A stretch of 64,000 nt of DNA from Octopus sinensis (GCF_006345805.1 NC_043003.1:8618001-8682000), one strand, 5' to 3'; positions 28,277 through 42,090 are shown, counted from the stretch's first letter. The notes: generated by a model from the letters alone, not told the origin. Made by a program: numbers and translations.

Positions 28277-28619
28277 TTTTTTATTGGCCCTCCGAAATAT
28301 TCAAAATTCTATTTTGGTTCGCGGGAGCACAACTGTTTTTCGAAACCTCATATTGTCGTTAATGCTCGAAATGTGGAGTAGATGGACAGCCGACAACTGA
28401 TGAAGGGTCGTTCTTTAGGTTACTTGTCTTGTTTTCCATTTGTTTCTCTCGTTGTTCGCATACCCAAGTTTGTATTCAGATTTCATTGTTTCATTTGTGA
28501 CGTCCTGTACCCATATTGTATAATATATATATATATATATATTAACTATATATATATATTATGTATGTATATGTATACACACACAAACACAATAATATAT
28601 ACATATATAGCATGTTATG

Positions 28620-28653
<34 letters not shown>

Positions 28654-28755
28654 GCATGTATATGTAATATATATACAATATGTATGTATATATATATAAT
28701 GCAAATATGGATGTATGTATAATATATATATGTATATATGTTTGTATGTTGAGCG

Positions 28756-28828
<73 letters not shown>

Positions 28829-28869
28829 TATATCTCTATATAATATATATTAGTATGTATGTATGTATA

Positions 28870-29440
28870 TACTTTAGACCCTATCGCAAGCCTAATGAAA
28901 AACTATATAATATTAGCAAAGAATCCAATCATCCACCCGTAATTCTTAAGAACGTAGGTAGTAACATAGGAAGGCGCATATCATCAATATCTTCATATGA
29001 GACAGAATTTCAAAATGCCGCACCGTACCATAATAATGAATTAAGTAAAAGCGGATTCTTGGAGAAAATCCAGTAAAGTCAAACTAATTCAACAATAATA
29101 GACAACGTCGAACTAGAATTAGGAAAGTCTCGTGGTTTAATCTGGCATTTAATATTGTCGTAAAAACTAATATAGGTATGGAATTCTTAAAATTTGTTTC
29201 TAAACATTTTCAATCTGGCCATAAGTTCTATAGAATTTTTAATAAGAGAACACTGAAGATTAGCTATTCTTGTTGCAAAAGCTTCGCCTCTTTTATTAAT
29301 AAACATAACGCAAAAATTATTACAAACAATCAGTGCTGAATCTAATAAGAGGAACTTTAATTTCAAAGATAAGACTTGCTGTCCGTTAGAAGGTAAATGT
29401 TTTGAAAAAGGAATATATTTACAGAGCTAAAGTGCAAATA
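28870..29440 (+). mobile_element. Penelope-like element coding relic (RT C-terminus to start of GIY-YIG region)
   Basis: [11 protein letters not shown]...SNHPP..LK...RRISSIS...FQNAAPY.N..L..SG; RIRKVSWFN; KTNIG.EFL.FVSKHF; IFNK.TLKISYSC; CCPLEGKC. Confidence 0.75.
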
Positions 29441-29552
29441 GATGGCCAATTTCCATTTCTATGTTAACTGAAAATGTTATTAACTCCAGTTGTTTTTTTG
29501 GCATAGTTAACATGTTTAGCACAAATCTTAAGGCCATCTACAAAGAAATTAT

Positions 29553-29862
29553 TTATTTATTTATTTATGCGCCCTTTTCAAGCCTAGCCAGGCTCATGGG
29601 CCCGGTTTCCCGGTTTCTGTGGCGTATGTGTTTCCCCCCAGCTGGACGGGACGCAAGTCCATAGCAGCGTTATTCAAAAAACAGGAAGAGAAAGTTGGGG
29701 CGAAAGAGTACAACAGGGGTCGCCACCACCCCCTGCCGGAGCCTCGTGGAGCTTTAGGCGTTCTCGCACAATAAACACATACAACGGCTGGTCTGGGAAT
29801 TGAAACCGCGACCCTCCGACCGCGAGTCCGCTGCCCTAATCACTGGGCCATTACACCTCCAC
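29553..29862 (-). mobile_element. SINE with family C head but a different 3' tail, 13-bp TSD
   Basis: TSD acaaagaaattat at 29540-29552 and 29863-29875; tail ...cgtcccgtccagctggggg...acgccacagaaaccggg...aaagggcgc(ataa)n. Confidence 0.85.
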
Positions 29863-30318
29863 ACAAAGAAATTATGGTTATATTAATATGTCTTGCTGTT
29901 GCAGACTCTAGCTTATATCAATTTGGTTTTTTTGTAGCAGGAATGATAATGGGTTTAACGCCAAAATGAACAGAAGGACAGCGAGGCTGTCTCCCTGAAA
30001 TATTCCCTTTCGAATATTTATGGCATTAGAGACGATCGTTCCATTCTCTGCTCTAAGAGTGAGGATTGTGGCTCAGGTCTTTGTGAGCCTCTCAATGCCA
30101 GCAATTAAGGTAGTTCCATTTTACCAAATGGAGACACTTCAACAGCCATGAGTGGGGAATAGAGTCAAATGCCTTCGTATAATCTCAAGCCATAACTGTT
30201 CTAGGGCTCCTACAATTTTTTTTGTTTTGGATGTCAGAAGGAACAGTGTTATTTATCAGAAGTTGTTCGGCACATGCCCACACCCCCTTCTTTCCACAGG
30301 GCTGCTCCTTAGTTACTA

Positions 30319-30847
30319 CTAGCAGAAATACCCGTCGTTGACTGGGTTAAGAAAGTGTCTTCAAAAATTCCACCCTGATTTATGAAAGTTACTGCTTCGA
30401 TATTATTAAATGTTTCATAGCGGAATATTTGCAAGTTCTTACTGCCGAGTTTCGGCCCCAAAAGTTATAATATTTTACTAATGGGTCTGTCTCTGGTCAG
30501 TCTCATCAGCTCTTTCTCTTTTCCTACGCTGAGATTGCTTAGGTAGTCGAAATCTAATTTTTTTCGGAGGCATTGTAGTAGGGTGAATTAATCTATAAGA
30601 CAGGGGACTTAACTCATGTTAGCAAACTTACGGAAGCCACCGATGTGAATATGGTAAAAGTTATGGTTGAAAAGCTATTTTTACCGCTATCTGGAATTGC
30701 CTCGGGAAAAATAAGTTGACAAAAGCACATCCATGGTCGTGACCAACGTTCTCCTAAAATTGGAGCGACATGCGTGCTAATTTGTGGATGTGCATAAAGT
30801 ACATTCAGGTACACACACACACACATCCTGCCTTTTATAGATACAGA
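30319..30847 (-). mobile_element. Non-autonomous Helitron
   Basis: Minus strand A|TC 5' end; 3' hairpin acccagtcaacgacgggt then CTAG|T. No TSD; R4 coding sequence rejoins across the A/T site. Confidence 0.8.
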
Positions 30848-31113
30848 TATCGTTGACTCATAATGATCCTGGAGGAATTGGTTGAGGTAGCTTGTGTACA
30901 GTTTCTACATAATATTCAGGCAAGCAATTGTTTTCAAACAACTCTGTGGTTTCATTCTTGGCCACAAAATTCGTCCGTGCTATAGCAAACCAATTCGGTA
31001 TGTCAGTCTGACCTTCCATAGTATTTTTGAATATAATCATTAATGATTTCCTGTAAAATGTCATACCAGTATCCTACTACGTCTGCCTGCCTTTCTCTCT
31101 GTCTATCTGTCTG

Positions 31114-31208
<95 letters not shown>

Positions 31209-31634
31209 CACATACATACATACATACATACATACATACATACATACACATACACGTATATACCGATACCAATATAATCTGTGCTCTTTAGCACAAGGCA
31301 TATAGGAGATAATTTCTCTTGGGCGATTAGCGCAACCTACGGCATTCAAAACAAATCACCCAAGTTAAGTTGGATGTGAATTAAATATTCGTTACAACGG
31401 CTGCTAATACATATATACATACATGTATGTATATATATATATATATAATTTATAAAAATAGGGTAAAGTAAAGTAATTTACTTTACCACGCACCGAGCTT
31501 TTAGAAATAGCAGCCAAAAACTTGGCTATTTCTTCAACTGTAAGAAAAAGTCTCCCAGACAATGCATACTCAGAAATAACTCACATAGGTATAAGGGAAA
31601 AACAACGAAAGATCACATCCATATGAGATCACCC

Positions 31635-31691
31635 GAGGACAGCCTGTTTCTGGATTAGTGGATTAAACGCCAACATTTCCTTCATCAGCTC
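31635..31691 (-). ncRNA. Type I hammerhead-like motif
   Basis: Minus strand GAG-CTGATGA-A-GGA...TCC-A-GAAAC-AGGCT-GTC-CTC; stem I GAG/CTC, GUC cleavage triplet. Confidence 0.55.
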
Positions 31692-31940
31692 AGAGATTTC
31701 TTCTGATTTAGATTTGAAAGTACTAAGAATCAAACATACCCGTCAGATATATGTAACACCGGACAAACCATGTCAGACCACCAGTACTAGCGAATCCAAA
31801 AATACAAATGAGATCTATTATTCTCCCTGTCCACCCACGTGAGTCACAGAGTAGTGCATTCCTACAGAGGCAAAACTGTAGTTCAAATTCTTGGGGAGAA
31901 AGCATTATATTGTCAATAAGAAAGGGTAGAATTAATTAAC

Positions 31941-32080
31941 TATTAATCAATTCGACCGAGCAGTGTTCGGTATGTAAAAAGACCATTTACGGTATATTTG
32001 AAATATTAATTTATAAATTAATACTTCAAATATACCGTAAATGGTCTTTTTACATACCGAACACTGCTCGGTCGAATTGA

Positions 32081-32086
<6 letters not shown>
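31941..32086. repeat. 146-bp near-perfect palindrome, no loop, abutting (TA)n
   Basis: tattaatcaattcgaccgagcagtgttcggtatgtaaaaagaccatttacggtatatttgaa... mirrored with one mismatch. Confidence 0.95.
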
Positions 32087-32158
<72 letters not shown>

Positions 32159-32379
32159 GTATATATACGTATATATATATATATGTATTTATATATTATA
32201 TATATATATATACATATATGTATGTCTATACGTATGTATTTATATATATATATGTATGTATGTGTATATATAAATTAATATATACATGTATGTTGTATGT
32301 ATGTGTGCGCGTGGTGCGTGTGCATGTGTTTTATTGTGTATATCTGTATGTATGAATTATATATATAATATATAATATA

Positions 32380-32411
<32 letters not shown>

Positions 32412-32544
32412 TATATATTATATGGTGCTCAGCATGGCCGCAGTCAAATGACTGAAACTAGTAAAAGAGTAAAAGAGTAAATATCCATATCTCTCTCCCT
32501 CACTCACTCTCTCTATCTATATCTATCTCTATCTATCTATCTAT

Positions 32545-32720
32545 CTAGCCACTATACCATTTACTATTTTCTCTTCATGTTCATTTCTGTGTTCCCTTCT
32601 GTTGAAGAGCCTAGGCTCGAAATGTGAAAGACTTTCTCACCTTTCCGAGCGTTAAATTAATACACTTGATTGTTGTTTACACACCCGTCTGCGTCTTTTG
32701 TTTTTTTGTAAATTCACACA
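32545..32720 (+). mobile_element. Family alpha short repeat with hammerhead-like motif (32596-32630)
   Basis: CTT-CTGTTGA-A-GAGCC(ta)GGCTC-GAAAT-GTG-AAAG; homologous to copies at about 5.1, 34.0, 51.5 and 54.1 kb. The GUG triplet suggests this copy is inactive. Confidence 0.6.
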
Positions 32721-32722
32721 CA

Positions 32723-32760
<38 letters not shown>

Positions 32761-32984
32761 ATATATATATATATAATATATATACATACATACGTATATG
32801 TATTGTATCTATATATGTATATATAAGTACATAATGTATACATATGTATATGTATATATGTATATATGCATATATATGTATAAATGTATATATGTATATA
32901 TGTATATATATATATATACATATACATATCCATATATACATACACACACACACATATATATATATGCATATTATATATATGTAT

Positions 32985-33021
<37 letters not shown>

Positions 33022-33353
33022 GTCTATATACATATGTAAGTACATATATGTATACATATGTGTGTGTGTATATATATACATATATATATTCTTTTATTCT
33101 TTTATTTGTTTCAGTCATTTGACTGGGACCATGCTGGAGTACCGCCTTTAGTCGAACAAATCGACCCCTGGGCTTATTCTTTGTAAGCCTAGTACTCATC
33201 CAGTCGGTGTATTATGCCGAACCGCTAGGTTACGGGACATAAAGGCAGCAACAAAGGGAAATTACTATGTAATTGACCGTTATTAAGACAAAAGATCTAT
33301 TAGAATTTCCTTTTGTTTAACGGTCATTTTCATAGCTTTTTTTTGATTGCCTC

Positions 33354-33413
33354 GATAACTGACGAGATGCCGGAACAGTTTTCCGCCCGACATCCGAAAC
33401 TCGGAGTCTTATT
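33354..33413 (+). ncRNA. Type I hammerhead-like motif
   Basis: GATAA-CTGACGA-GATG...CATC-C-GAAAC-TCGGA-GTC-TTATT; all three stems plausible, GUC site. Confidence 0.6.
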
Positions 33414-33458
33414 ATGGGAAGCGAATAATTGTCACATATATATAAGATAAATTCATAT

Positions 33459-33945
<487 letters not shown>

Positions 33946-34628
33946 TATGATTGATCGGTAGCCACTACACACATTTTTTCTCTCCTGTTTCTTTCTGTGT
34001 TCCTTTCAGTAAAAGAGCGTACTCAGAAATCTAGTTGGTTTTATATTTACAGATATTTATTAATATGTCACATGTTTTTATAAATCATATATTAGCGCTT
34101 GCGTCCACTCTGGTGGAGTCTTCAGAATCTGAAATATAAAACCATCTAGATTTCTGAGTACCTTATTTCTTCTAATATATATAATATATGTATATATATA
34201 TATATATATATATAGTATATATATATATATATAATATATATATATAGTACCATGAACAAAAGAATAGATATAAACAATAAAAACGTTATATATATATATA
34301 TATTTATGAGAGCAACATAAACAGGTCTTATTCAGCTGTTTCTCCATTGAGGGAAGAATAGCCTTAATCGATCTTAATCAACTTTCCCAGTTGCATTCTC
34401 ATCAGAGTCGTCAACATCAATTTTCCCAGCCCCAGGGACGCCATCAGGCTATCTGTTTATGTATTCAATAAGTACAATACATACGGAAAACGGTAGTTAT
34501 TAATTTGCATACTTTAAGTGTTAGCACCTTACTTTTAAATATTAGGGGCCTGTCAACGGGGATCTATAACGCAATATAATATACATACATACATACATAC
34601 CTACACACACACACACATATTTTATATA

Positions 34629-35361
34629 CTAGCATTAAAGACCCGTCGTTGCCGGGTCATAGTGCTAGTGCATGTATATATGTGTATATATATGTGTACA
34701 TATTACATGTACATCTATATATATACATCTACACATAAAATGCAAAATACAAAGTTATATCTTGATATCGCTAGTGATAACAATTCTCAAAATATATAAC
34801 AGACTGGAATTGTTAGCTCTTCTTTTTTCTCTACATTGTATACTTTATAGACAATAGTCTTTTCTTTAATTTAATTTTTTATTATCCATCTGGACTATTC
34901 CATTTCTGCACGCTAATTTTATTTTTAATTTATTCCCATTCATGTGAAACCACTTATTCAAGTTCAAATCATTGATGCAATTTTATACCAATTGCTATTT
35001 TTACTTTTTTTATGTTACGTTTATATTATACTTTAGTTTGATTTTAATTATTACTTACTACATATAATTCAATTGTTATTATTATTTTCATTGTTAAAGT
35101 GAAAGCATCTGACGTAAAATAGAGAAATATTTTTGTTTCACTTTTAACACGTAATACTGAAATAATGGAGAAGATGATATTGCTATGGGCTCGTTCTAGG
35201 CAAGAAGTTGAACATTTTTTTTTGCCCATGAAACTACATGGACCCTAAGTAAGACATGTGTAAAATTTGAATGAAATTGGTTGTGTAGTTCTCAAGTTTT
35301 AGGGAAACACACAGACAGACAGGCAGACAGACACACATTCTCAGTTTTATATATATAAAGA
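34629..35361 (-). mobile_element. Non-autonomous Helitron
   Basis: Minus strand A|TCTTTATATA 5' end with (CTGT)n; 3' hairpin GACCCG-gcaacga-CGGGTC then CTAG|T. Confidence 0.85.
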
Positions 35362-36141
35362 TATATATTTGTATAAATGCACACACACACACTCACACGC
35401 ATATATATAACATATTTATGTGATTTTACGGTTGTATTTGTTCCCGACTACCGGTATTGCTCTGCTTTCGTCTCTTATGACTTAGCGGTTCGACAAAACA
35501 GACTTAAACATTAGTACTGTGGCTGATTTGCGCGACTAAATCCTTCAAAGTGTTGCTCCAGCAAAGCCACAGACCAGTGGCTGAAACAAGGAACAATACT
35601 ATAATCTACTCTTCGTGTTGATGTGTTTAGTAAAATGAAGGACAGAAACCAATGGAACCTAAAAGCAATGCTAAAAAAATATGGAGTTTTATCTTAAGAT
35701 ATCCAATTTCAGTTTTTGTTGTTGCGAATTCTATTCAAATTTTCTATAACTCACCTCATATTGATATCAAGAGGAACAGGAAGTTTTTCTCCAGCACTGT
35801 TTGAATAATTTGGTCACATTCTTATTTGAATGCAAAACGCGAATTGACTTATAAAAAGTAATTGAGCTCCAGTGAATTGACCGGACATCACGTGAGAATA
35901 TGCTCTTTAATTTACACGCGAGAGACAAAAGTAGTCGATAAACGTATCTATTTCCAAATAAACTTCCTTTCGCTATTTGAAAAGGAAGCATTTCTCTCTA
36001 TCTGTCTGCCTGTCTGTCTGTCTGTCTGTCTGTCTCTCCTCTCTCTCTCTCTCTCTCTCTCTTTCTTTCTCTCTCTCACTTTTGCTCTCTCGTACGTATA
36101 CGCGTATACACACAAATCCATCCATCTATCTATCTATCTAT

Positions 36142-36196
<55 letters not shown>

Positions 36197-36209
36197 CGTT
36201 TGCATACAC

Positions 36210-36317
<108 letters not shown>

Positions 36318-36914
36318 TGTTGACCTCTTTGGGATTTTGAATTCAGAGCAAAAAGAGCCGGAAGAAATGTCGTTAAACATTATGTCCGGACTGCCCTAGT
36401 TTAGGTCATCATAATTCTAGAGCAAAAACATTCATAATACACAGTTTAAACGAGACTCCTGGAAATGGCACACAAAATATTTTCACATCTTTCATTTTGT
36501 ATTTTATTAAAACTTCGAAAGTGTGTTTTTCAGTCTAAACGGAAACACTGTCACGTGGTATCTTTGTTTTGATTTGGGTGTAAAGCGTCAACACAAACAG
36601 GCAAGCAAGTAACAAGAAATATGTAAACACTAACTTGCAGAAACAAGAAGTTAACTGGTGTCGCTTTTATTGCAAAATGGGCGCGCAGAAAATCATGAAG
36701 TATTTATAGAGAAGTTGAAGGCAGTGAGTGCGCTGGCAGAATTGTTGCCACGACGTGGGGTAAAATGTTTAGCGGTATTCCCCCCGCTCTTTATGTTTTC
36801 ACTTTCGTGTTCAAACTTTACCAAGGTCGACTTTGTCTTTGAACCATTCGGGCTCCTTAAATTAAGAGCCGTTTGAACATTTAAGCTCGATGTAATCGAG
36901 TTATCTCTTCTTTA

Positions 36915-37326
36915 ATAGCTATTTCTTTACTACCCACAAGGAGCTACACACAGAGGGGACGAACAAGGACAAACAAACAGATTAAGTCGATTATATCGAC
37001 CCCAGTGCGTAACTGGTACTTACTTAATCGACCCCGAAACGATGAAAGGCAAAGTCGACCTCGGCGGAATTTGAACTCAGAACGTAACGGCAGACGAAAT
37101 ACCTATTTCTTTACTGCCCACAAGGAGCTAAACATAGAGGGTCAAACAATGACAGACAAAGGGACTAAGTCGATTACATCGACCCCAGTGCGTAACAGGT
37201 ACCTATTTAATCGACCCCGAAAGGATGAAAGGCAAAGTCGACCTCGCGGAATTTGAACGTAGCGGCAGACGAAATACGCTAAGCATTTCGCCCGGCGTGC
37301 TAACGTTTCTGCCAGCTCACCGCCTT
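36915..37326 (-). mobile_element. SINE family A, two units plus head
   Basis: Same unit junction gaaatacctatttc. Confidence 0.85.
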
Positions 37327-37336
37327 CTATTATTAT

Positions 37337-37802
37337 TATTGAGTGAGAGAGCAGTGCATGCCATCAAAGTGACACTAGGGTAAAATATACGAAGCCCAAT
37401 ATACCCATCATACACCAGGCACATGCATCACAACCATATGTGCGTGACATGGTGATCTCATATCAAGATAAACAGCACATGACCTTGCAGGTGGGGCCCA
37501 GTTAGAATTTTCTTCAGGTTGAGTAGCCATCCCGCTCAAAAGGCCCCTGAATAAGGGTTGTTTAAGGATGTTGAAAGAACCACCCATGTTTCCAGAGGTG
37601 AATTATTCAAACCCCAAAAAGATCCCTCTCAACACATGGCTATGATGCTTCCCCCACTACTTCTGCTCGTGATCAGAGATGCACATATCGTCAGCCACTA
37701 AGGGACATGCTCAACTGGTTAAGGTCAAACAACTGACAAGCAAATCTGTGGTATTGAGCAGAATATTTGCTGTAGCCCATCTTTTATACCAAGACAAAAG
37801 CC
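37337..37802. mobile_element. Unclassified ~465-bp non-coding element between (TTA)n tracts
   Basis: Higher-GC block bounded by tattattattatt on the left and (tta)n on the right. That it is an interspersed repeat is inferred; there is no second copy in the window. Confidence 0.45.
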
Positions 37803-37845
<43 letters not shown>

Positions 37846-38484
37846 TTATTATTATTATTAATGCCTTGCTGCGTGGCTGATCAAGCTAGAGCGCTACACT
37901 TCCAATTTCTGTGGAAGAGACGTGTTACTCTTGTCCGACGGCCCAGCTGTTGTCCACAGCTACTGAGTGCTCTTGTTGAATATGGCTCAAAAGTTTGGCC
38001 GAAAGACAGCAATTTTCAAAGTGCGCGCGTGTGTAAGCTGATGACATGGACTCCAGCTTCCGACTGCTACTTATTTTACAACTCCACGAAAAGATGAAAG
38101 GAAAGTTGACCTTGGTGAGATTTGAACGCAGACCGTAAGGAACCTGACGAAAAGTGGCTAAGCATTTTGGTTGAAACACTAATGGCTCTGTTAGCAGGTC
38201 TGACTGTGTGTGCGTGTATGCGTGTATATATATATATATATATATATACACATACATACATACATATATATATATATCCCAGCATGGCCACAGCTCGTGA
38301 GCTGAAACTAGATGAAATAAAAAAAAATATATATGTATATATACATATATATACATACGTATATATATGTGTATGTATATATACGTATGTATGTATGCAT
38401 GCATGTATGTATGTATGTATGTATGAATGTATATATACAGATGTGTGTGTGTGTATATATATATGGATGTGTTTGGTTTTTTTC

Positions 38485-38572
38485 TTTCCCTGATGAAAAG
38501 ATTGCATTGTTTTACACCATTTTATTCTTTTGGGAATAATACAAATGTTGTCTTCGAAACATATGTCGGAAG
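38485..38572 (+). ncRNA. Type I hammerhead-like motif, family beta (diverged)
   Basis: TTTCC-CTGATGA-AAAGA...TCTTC-GAAAC-ATAT-GTC-GGAAG; downstream sequence homologous to 42750-42810. Confidence 0.6.
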
Positions 38573-38782
38573 TAAAAAGATTTGAATAACACCTGCGTTC
38601 AACTCCATTTATTTATTTATCTATCTATCTATGTATATTATCTGCATATATGTAAACACGCATATATGGCAACTGAAAGGCAGAAGATGGAGTATACCAG
38701 GATTATTATTTATCACGACAATTGTTTCGAGATATTTAGCATCGATCCCTACCAGATGTAAATTATAAGTTTTATTATCCTA

Positions 38783-38825
<43 letters not shown>

Positions 38826-39240
38826 CGTGATCACCGTGACCGACCAGGCCATCAGATGTTGTTACACATCGCTGGTCACAATGCGCTTCGCATTGTTTTA
38901 GCCTTCAAATGACGCCACCCCGCTGGCTAAGCGAGCAGGCCAACAGAAGAAAGAGGTAAATTCTACGGAAGGACTGTTGTTAGACTCCCGGTTCGATAAC
39001 AATATGAGTGAGGAGTCTAATGCCGTGTGTGAGCGTATGTATGTTGAATAGAATGAGACAACAAAGCCAACAGCACATTCCTTGGATAATGAAACTGCAA
39101 CTGTAACATCCAACATATATTTTAATTTTTATTCACATATTTTCCTTTATACTTCCTATATTATCCAAAATTTCCAAAATTTCCAAAATAACTACTTATA
39201 TTGAACTCTACTATTTTCTTCTGTTTAACTCTCTCATATC

Positions 39241-39279
39241 GTCTCTGATGTTGGGATATCCTTGAAACAGCTGTAAGAC
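39241..39279 (+). ncRNA. Hammerhead-like motif with a core mutation
   Basis: GTCT-CTGATGT-tgggatatcctt-GAAAC-AGCT-GTA-AGAC; stem I GTCT/AGAC, stem III palindrome ACAGCTGT, A9 is T. Confidence 0.5.
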
Positions 39280-39869
39280 TACCTCTCTCTTTATAAATGT
39301 CCTAGAAATTTCACACTGCCTTGGCTTTGCAGTTTCATTTTATTCAACACTAACTTTAGCTAGTTGATCGGGTAATTACTTTTACTGTTTATCGGGAGCG
39401 ACATTGAAAGTATTATTACATGTATAATTTACTCCTCCTGTATGTGTGTATTTTTAGAAGAAACAACCATGTAATAACTGAAGTAGAATAAAGATCAATA
39501 TCATACATAAACTTGTGTTTGTTTATGATATGACAATAATAAATGAGCTGGCTGTGTTATTTTATTTATCTATACAGTAATGGCAATGATATAATAATTT
39601 TATAAGAGACAAACATGTAATAATTCAAGTAGAAAAAAGATCATTTTCATACATGAAGCTCTGTTTGCTTATTACATGATAATAATAATTGAGATGTATG
39701 TTTTATTTTACTTAGCAATACAGTAATGACAATTATATAATACAGTTCATTGAAATAGGTAATTTACACATTCTTGAACGTAACGATAGAAATGGTAAAT
39801 GAAGTTATTGAAGTATTCATGTTGCATTAAGAATGAATATTTCTTTACAAACAATGTTCTTTGTTTTAT

Positions 39870-40300
39870 TTCAAGGTACAGAAGCCTTTACTAGAAACAG
39901 TGAGAATGTTTGGGTCACTGAAGTTTGTGCACAATTAATCTTGTACCATTGCATAATTTTGGTTGAGACAAAATGTGTAATAGCATACTAGGAGTCCCTT
40001 TTTCAATTGCAGACAACGGGGAGCGGTACCTGGTGGTTGTAGCGAGTTAAAGAATTCGATGGGGTAGCTGACACTATCCTGATCATCATCATCATCAACA
40101 ACACTGTCAGTTGAGTTTTAAGTGAAGACTTCTGGAAGTTTATTCGATAGCGTATTATTAATGGTATGTCGTGGAACATTTTTTGGAGCCATGATATCTC
40201 TGTCACCGATGTAATCTGTTTTGTTGTAATTGTGAAGAATATTAGGAAAGGTTTCGTACATCAAATCATCGACAGAATCAGCTGAGTTCTATATTGGATT
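39870..40300 (-). mobile_element. Helitron RepHel PIF1-like helicase relic
   Basis: Minus strand DDLMYETFPNI..NY...RDIMAPKN...IN; [13 protein letters not shown]; [11 protein letters not shown]. Frameshifted. Confidence 0.85.
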
Positions 40301-41713
40301 GAGTGTAAGAAACTGTTTTTCATCAACTGGAACCTCTCTCTTCACCGAGTTTCAAAAAGCTGCTCTGTAAATAGTTCAGCTGACGGATCTCTTGAAAGCA
40401 TCGATCTCATAATAATGGAAGTAGAAAAGAGATGAACTTCATACATGAACTTCTGTATCTTTATTATATGACAATGGTAAGGCAGTGAGCTGGCAGAATC
40501 ATTAGCACGCTGGACGAGATGCTTTTAGCGGTATTTCGTTTGCCGCTACGTTCTATATATATATATATATATATATAGCTTTTGCTGAACCCGGAACCAT
40601 GTAATTGGGAAACAAAATTCTTACATACATGTATGTATTTATCGGATATAAAGCGACTAAGTGTAGCCAGTTATTTTTGAGCATGCTACGTGGTGAAGCT
40701 GCGCACATCGAAAATCCTATTGATATTACAGCAGAACGATGAGAAAGAATAACATGGGCGATGGAGAAGCAATTATAGAACATCCACTCTTAAACAAATA
40801 ATTAACAGGAAACGCACCATAGTTTGGGATTATGCAACAACAAAATTGACACCAAAGTACAAGGTCAGTTGAACTTATAGCTTCTGACACTTCGAATAGG
40901 TTTGAACTAATTGTTGAAATGTTTCAACCTCTCTATGAACAGCAATAATTTGCAATTGTGGAACACACACACATACACGTTAACAGATGTTATAGCGTTG
41001 GCGAAAGGGCAGTTTACCGATTTATGGAACTACGAAATTGAGGGTTACGAGTTCAAATTTGCTGCGATCGTTATATTTATCAATTTATTTATTTTAATTG
41101 TTTATTGATTAGAACCTAACTTTATATGCTTCAGTCAATAATAGAAAATACTTGCTGGGTCGTCAACGAGCCGCAATTGCCGTCGCAGCTTGGAAGATTT
41201 TATATTTCTCGTTTGCATTAAGCGAAAGTTAAGGAGATCCAAGTTGTGATAGGAATAAATGTGAAGATGACGAGGGTTGAGCGGAGAGCAGGTAGAGAGA
41301 AGGTATGCTTCAGAGAAAAGCGTTAACCTTGTACAGAGCCTAACAAGAGATTATAAAAATGACGAAGGAACTAGAAATTGTAACAAGATGAGAGTTCAGG
41401 AACACTGGAGGGGTGTCTGGTCTTATCTTGTCACATACAAGTCGAAGAAAAGAAACCAAAAATCAGGCTGTCTTCAATAACAATAAATAGCAGTTTATTC
41501 TTTGGGTTCACAGGTAAAATATATACATATATATTTCTTATGGGCGAACCGGCAGCCAAGTCCACAGGACTGTTTACAATGTTCACTCGGGCGAGCCAAG
41601 AAGATACGGTGTTCGTTCCTGCTTCGAAGAGAGAGCTTCTCTGTGCGTAGGGTTCATTAAATAGTTACTTGTTCTCTTGTCATTTATATAATCTCATATA
41701 TATAAATATAAAT

Positions 41714-42090
41714 ATACAAAATAAGAAAATGGAGGAATACACTTTAATCAATAATCAACTACCAGATAATACCCATTCGCATAATTTATTAACCAGCTAC
41801 ATATAAACATCAAGATCAAACACAATAATACAAAACAAAACAGTGCACATCAATGAGTAATATGATACAATAAATACAATACATATAAATAAATAAATAT
41901 AAATATAAACTATATCTTACAACTGTTTCAGCCATGTAGATATGAGTATCTCATTATTCTCATATTAGCCAGGTGTGTTAAGTTAATATATTGATGTTCA
42001 TATGTAGTTGGTTAATAAATTATGTGATTGGGTATTATCTGGTAGTTGATTATTGATTAAAGTGTATTCCTCCATTTTCTTATTCTGTAT
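41714..42090. repeat. Inverted repeat, 100-bp arms (41714-41813 / 41991-42090), ~177-nt spacer
   Basis: aataagaaaatggaggaatacactttaatcaataatcaactaccagataataccca versus tgggtattatctggtagttgattattgattaaagtgtattcctccattttcttatt. Confidence 0.9.

Larger units (their letters stand above)
29450..31060 (-). mobile_element. R4/Dong-like RT relic interrupted by a SINE and a Helitron
   Basis: Minus strand IPNWF..ART; IACLNIM*KLYTS; EQPCGKKG..AC.EQLLIN; DYTKAFDSIPHSWL; GIFQGDSLAVLLFILALNPLSFLL; NFFVDGLK (VDD motif); FS.NI.M. Confidence 0.8.

Noticed and set aside
30438-30515. CTGATGA...GAAAC-T-CGGC-A-GTA on the minus strand inside the Helitron
   Set aside because: Stem I does not pair, so it was not counted as a hammerhead.
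34325-34410. CTGATGA...GAAACAGCTG motif on the minus strand; similar partial motifs at 14380, 20830-20875, 28390, 38720, 41915 and 60970
   Set aside because: Each lacks one core half or the required stems; at most they are decayed remnants.
35755-35796. 42-nt candidate exon (AGEKLPVPLDINM) with strong donor gag|gtgagt; similar isolated donors near 55179, 57595 and 63035
   Set aside because: Acceptors are weak and there is no homology; this many motifs is expected by chance in 64 kb.
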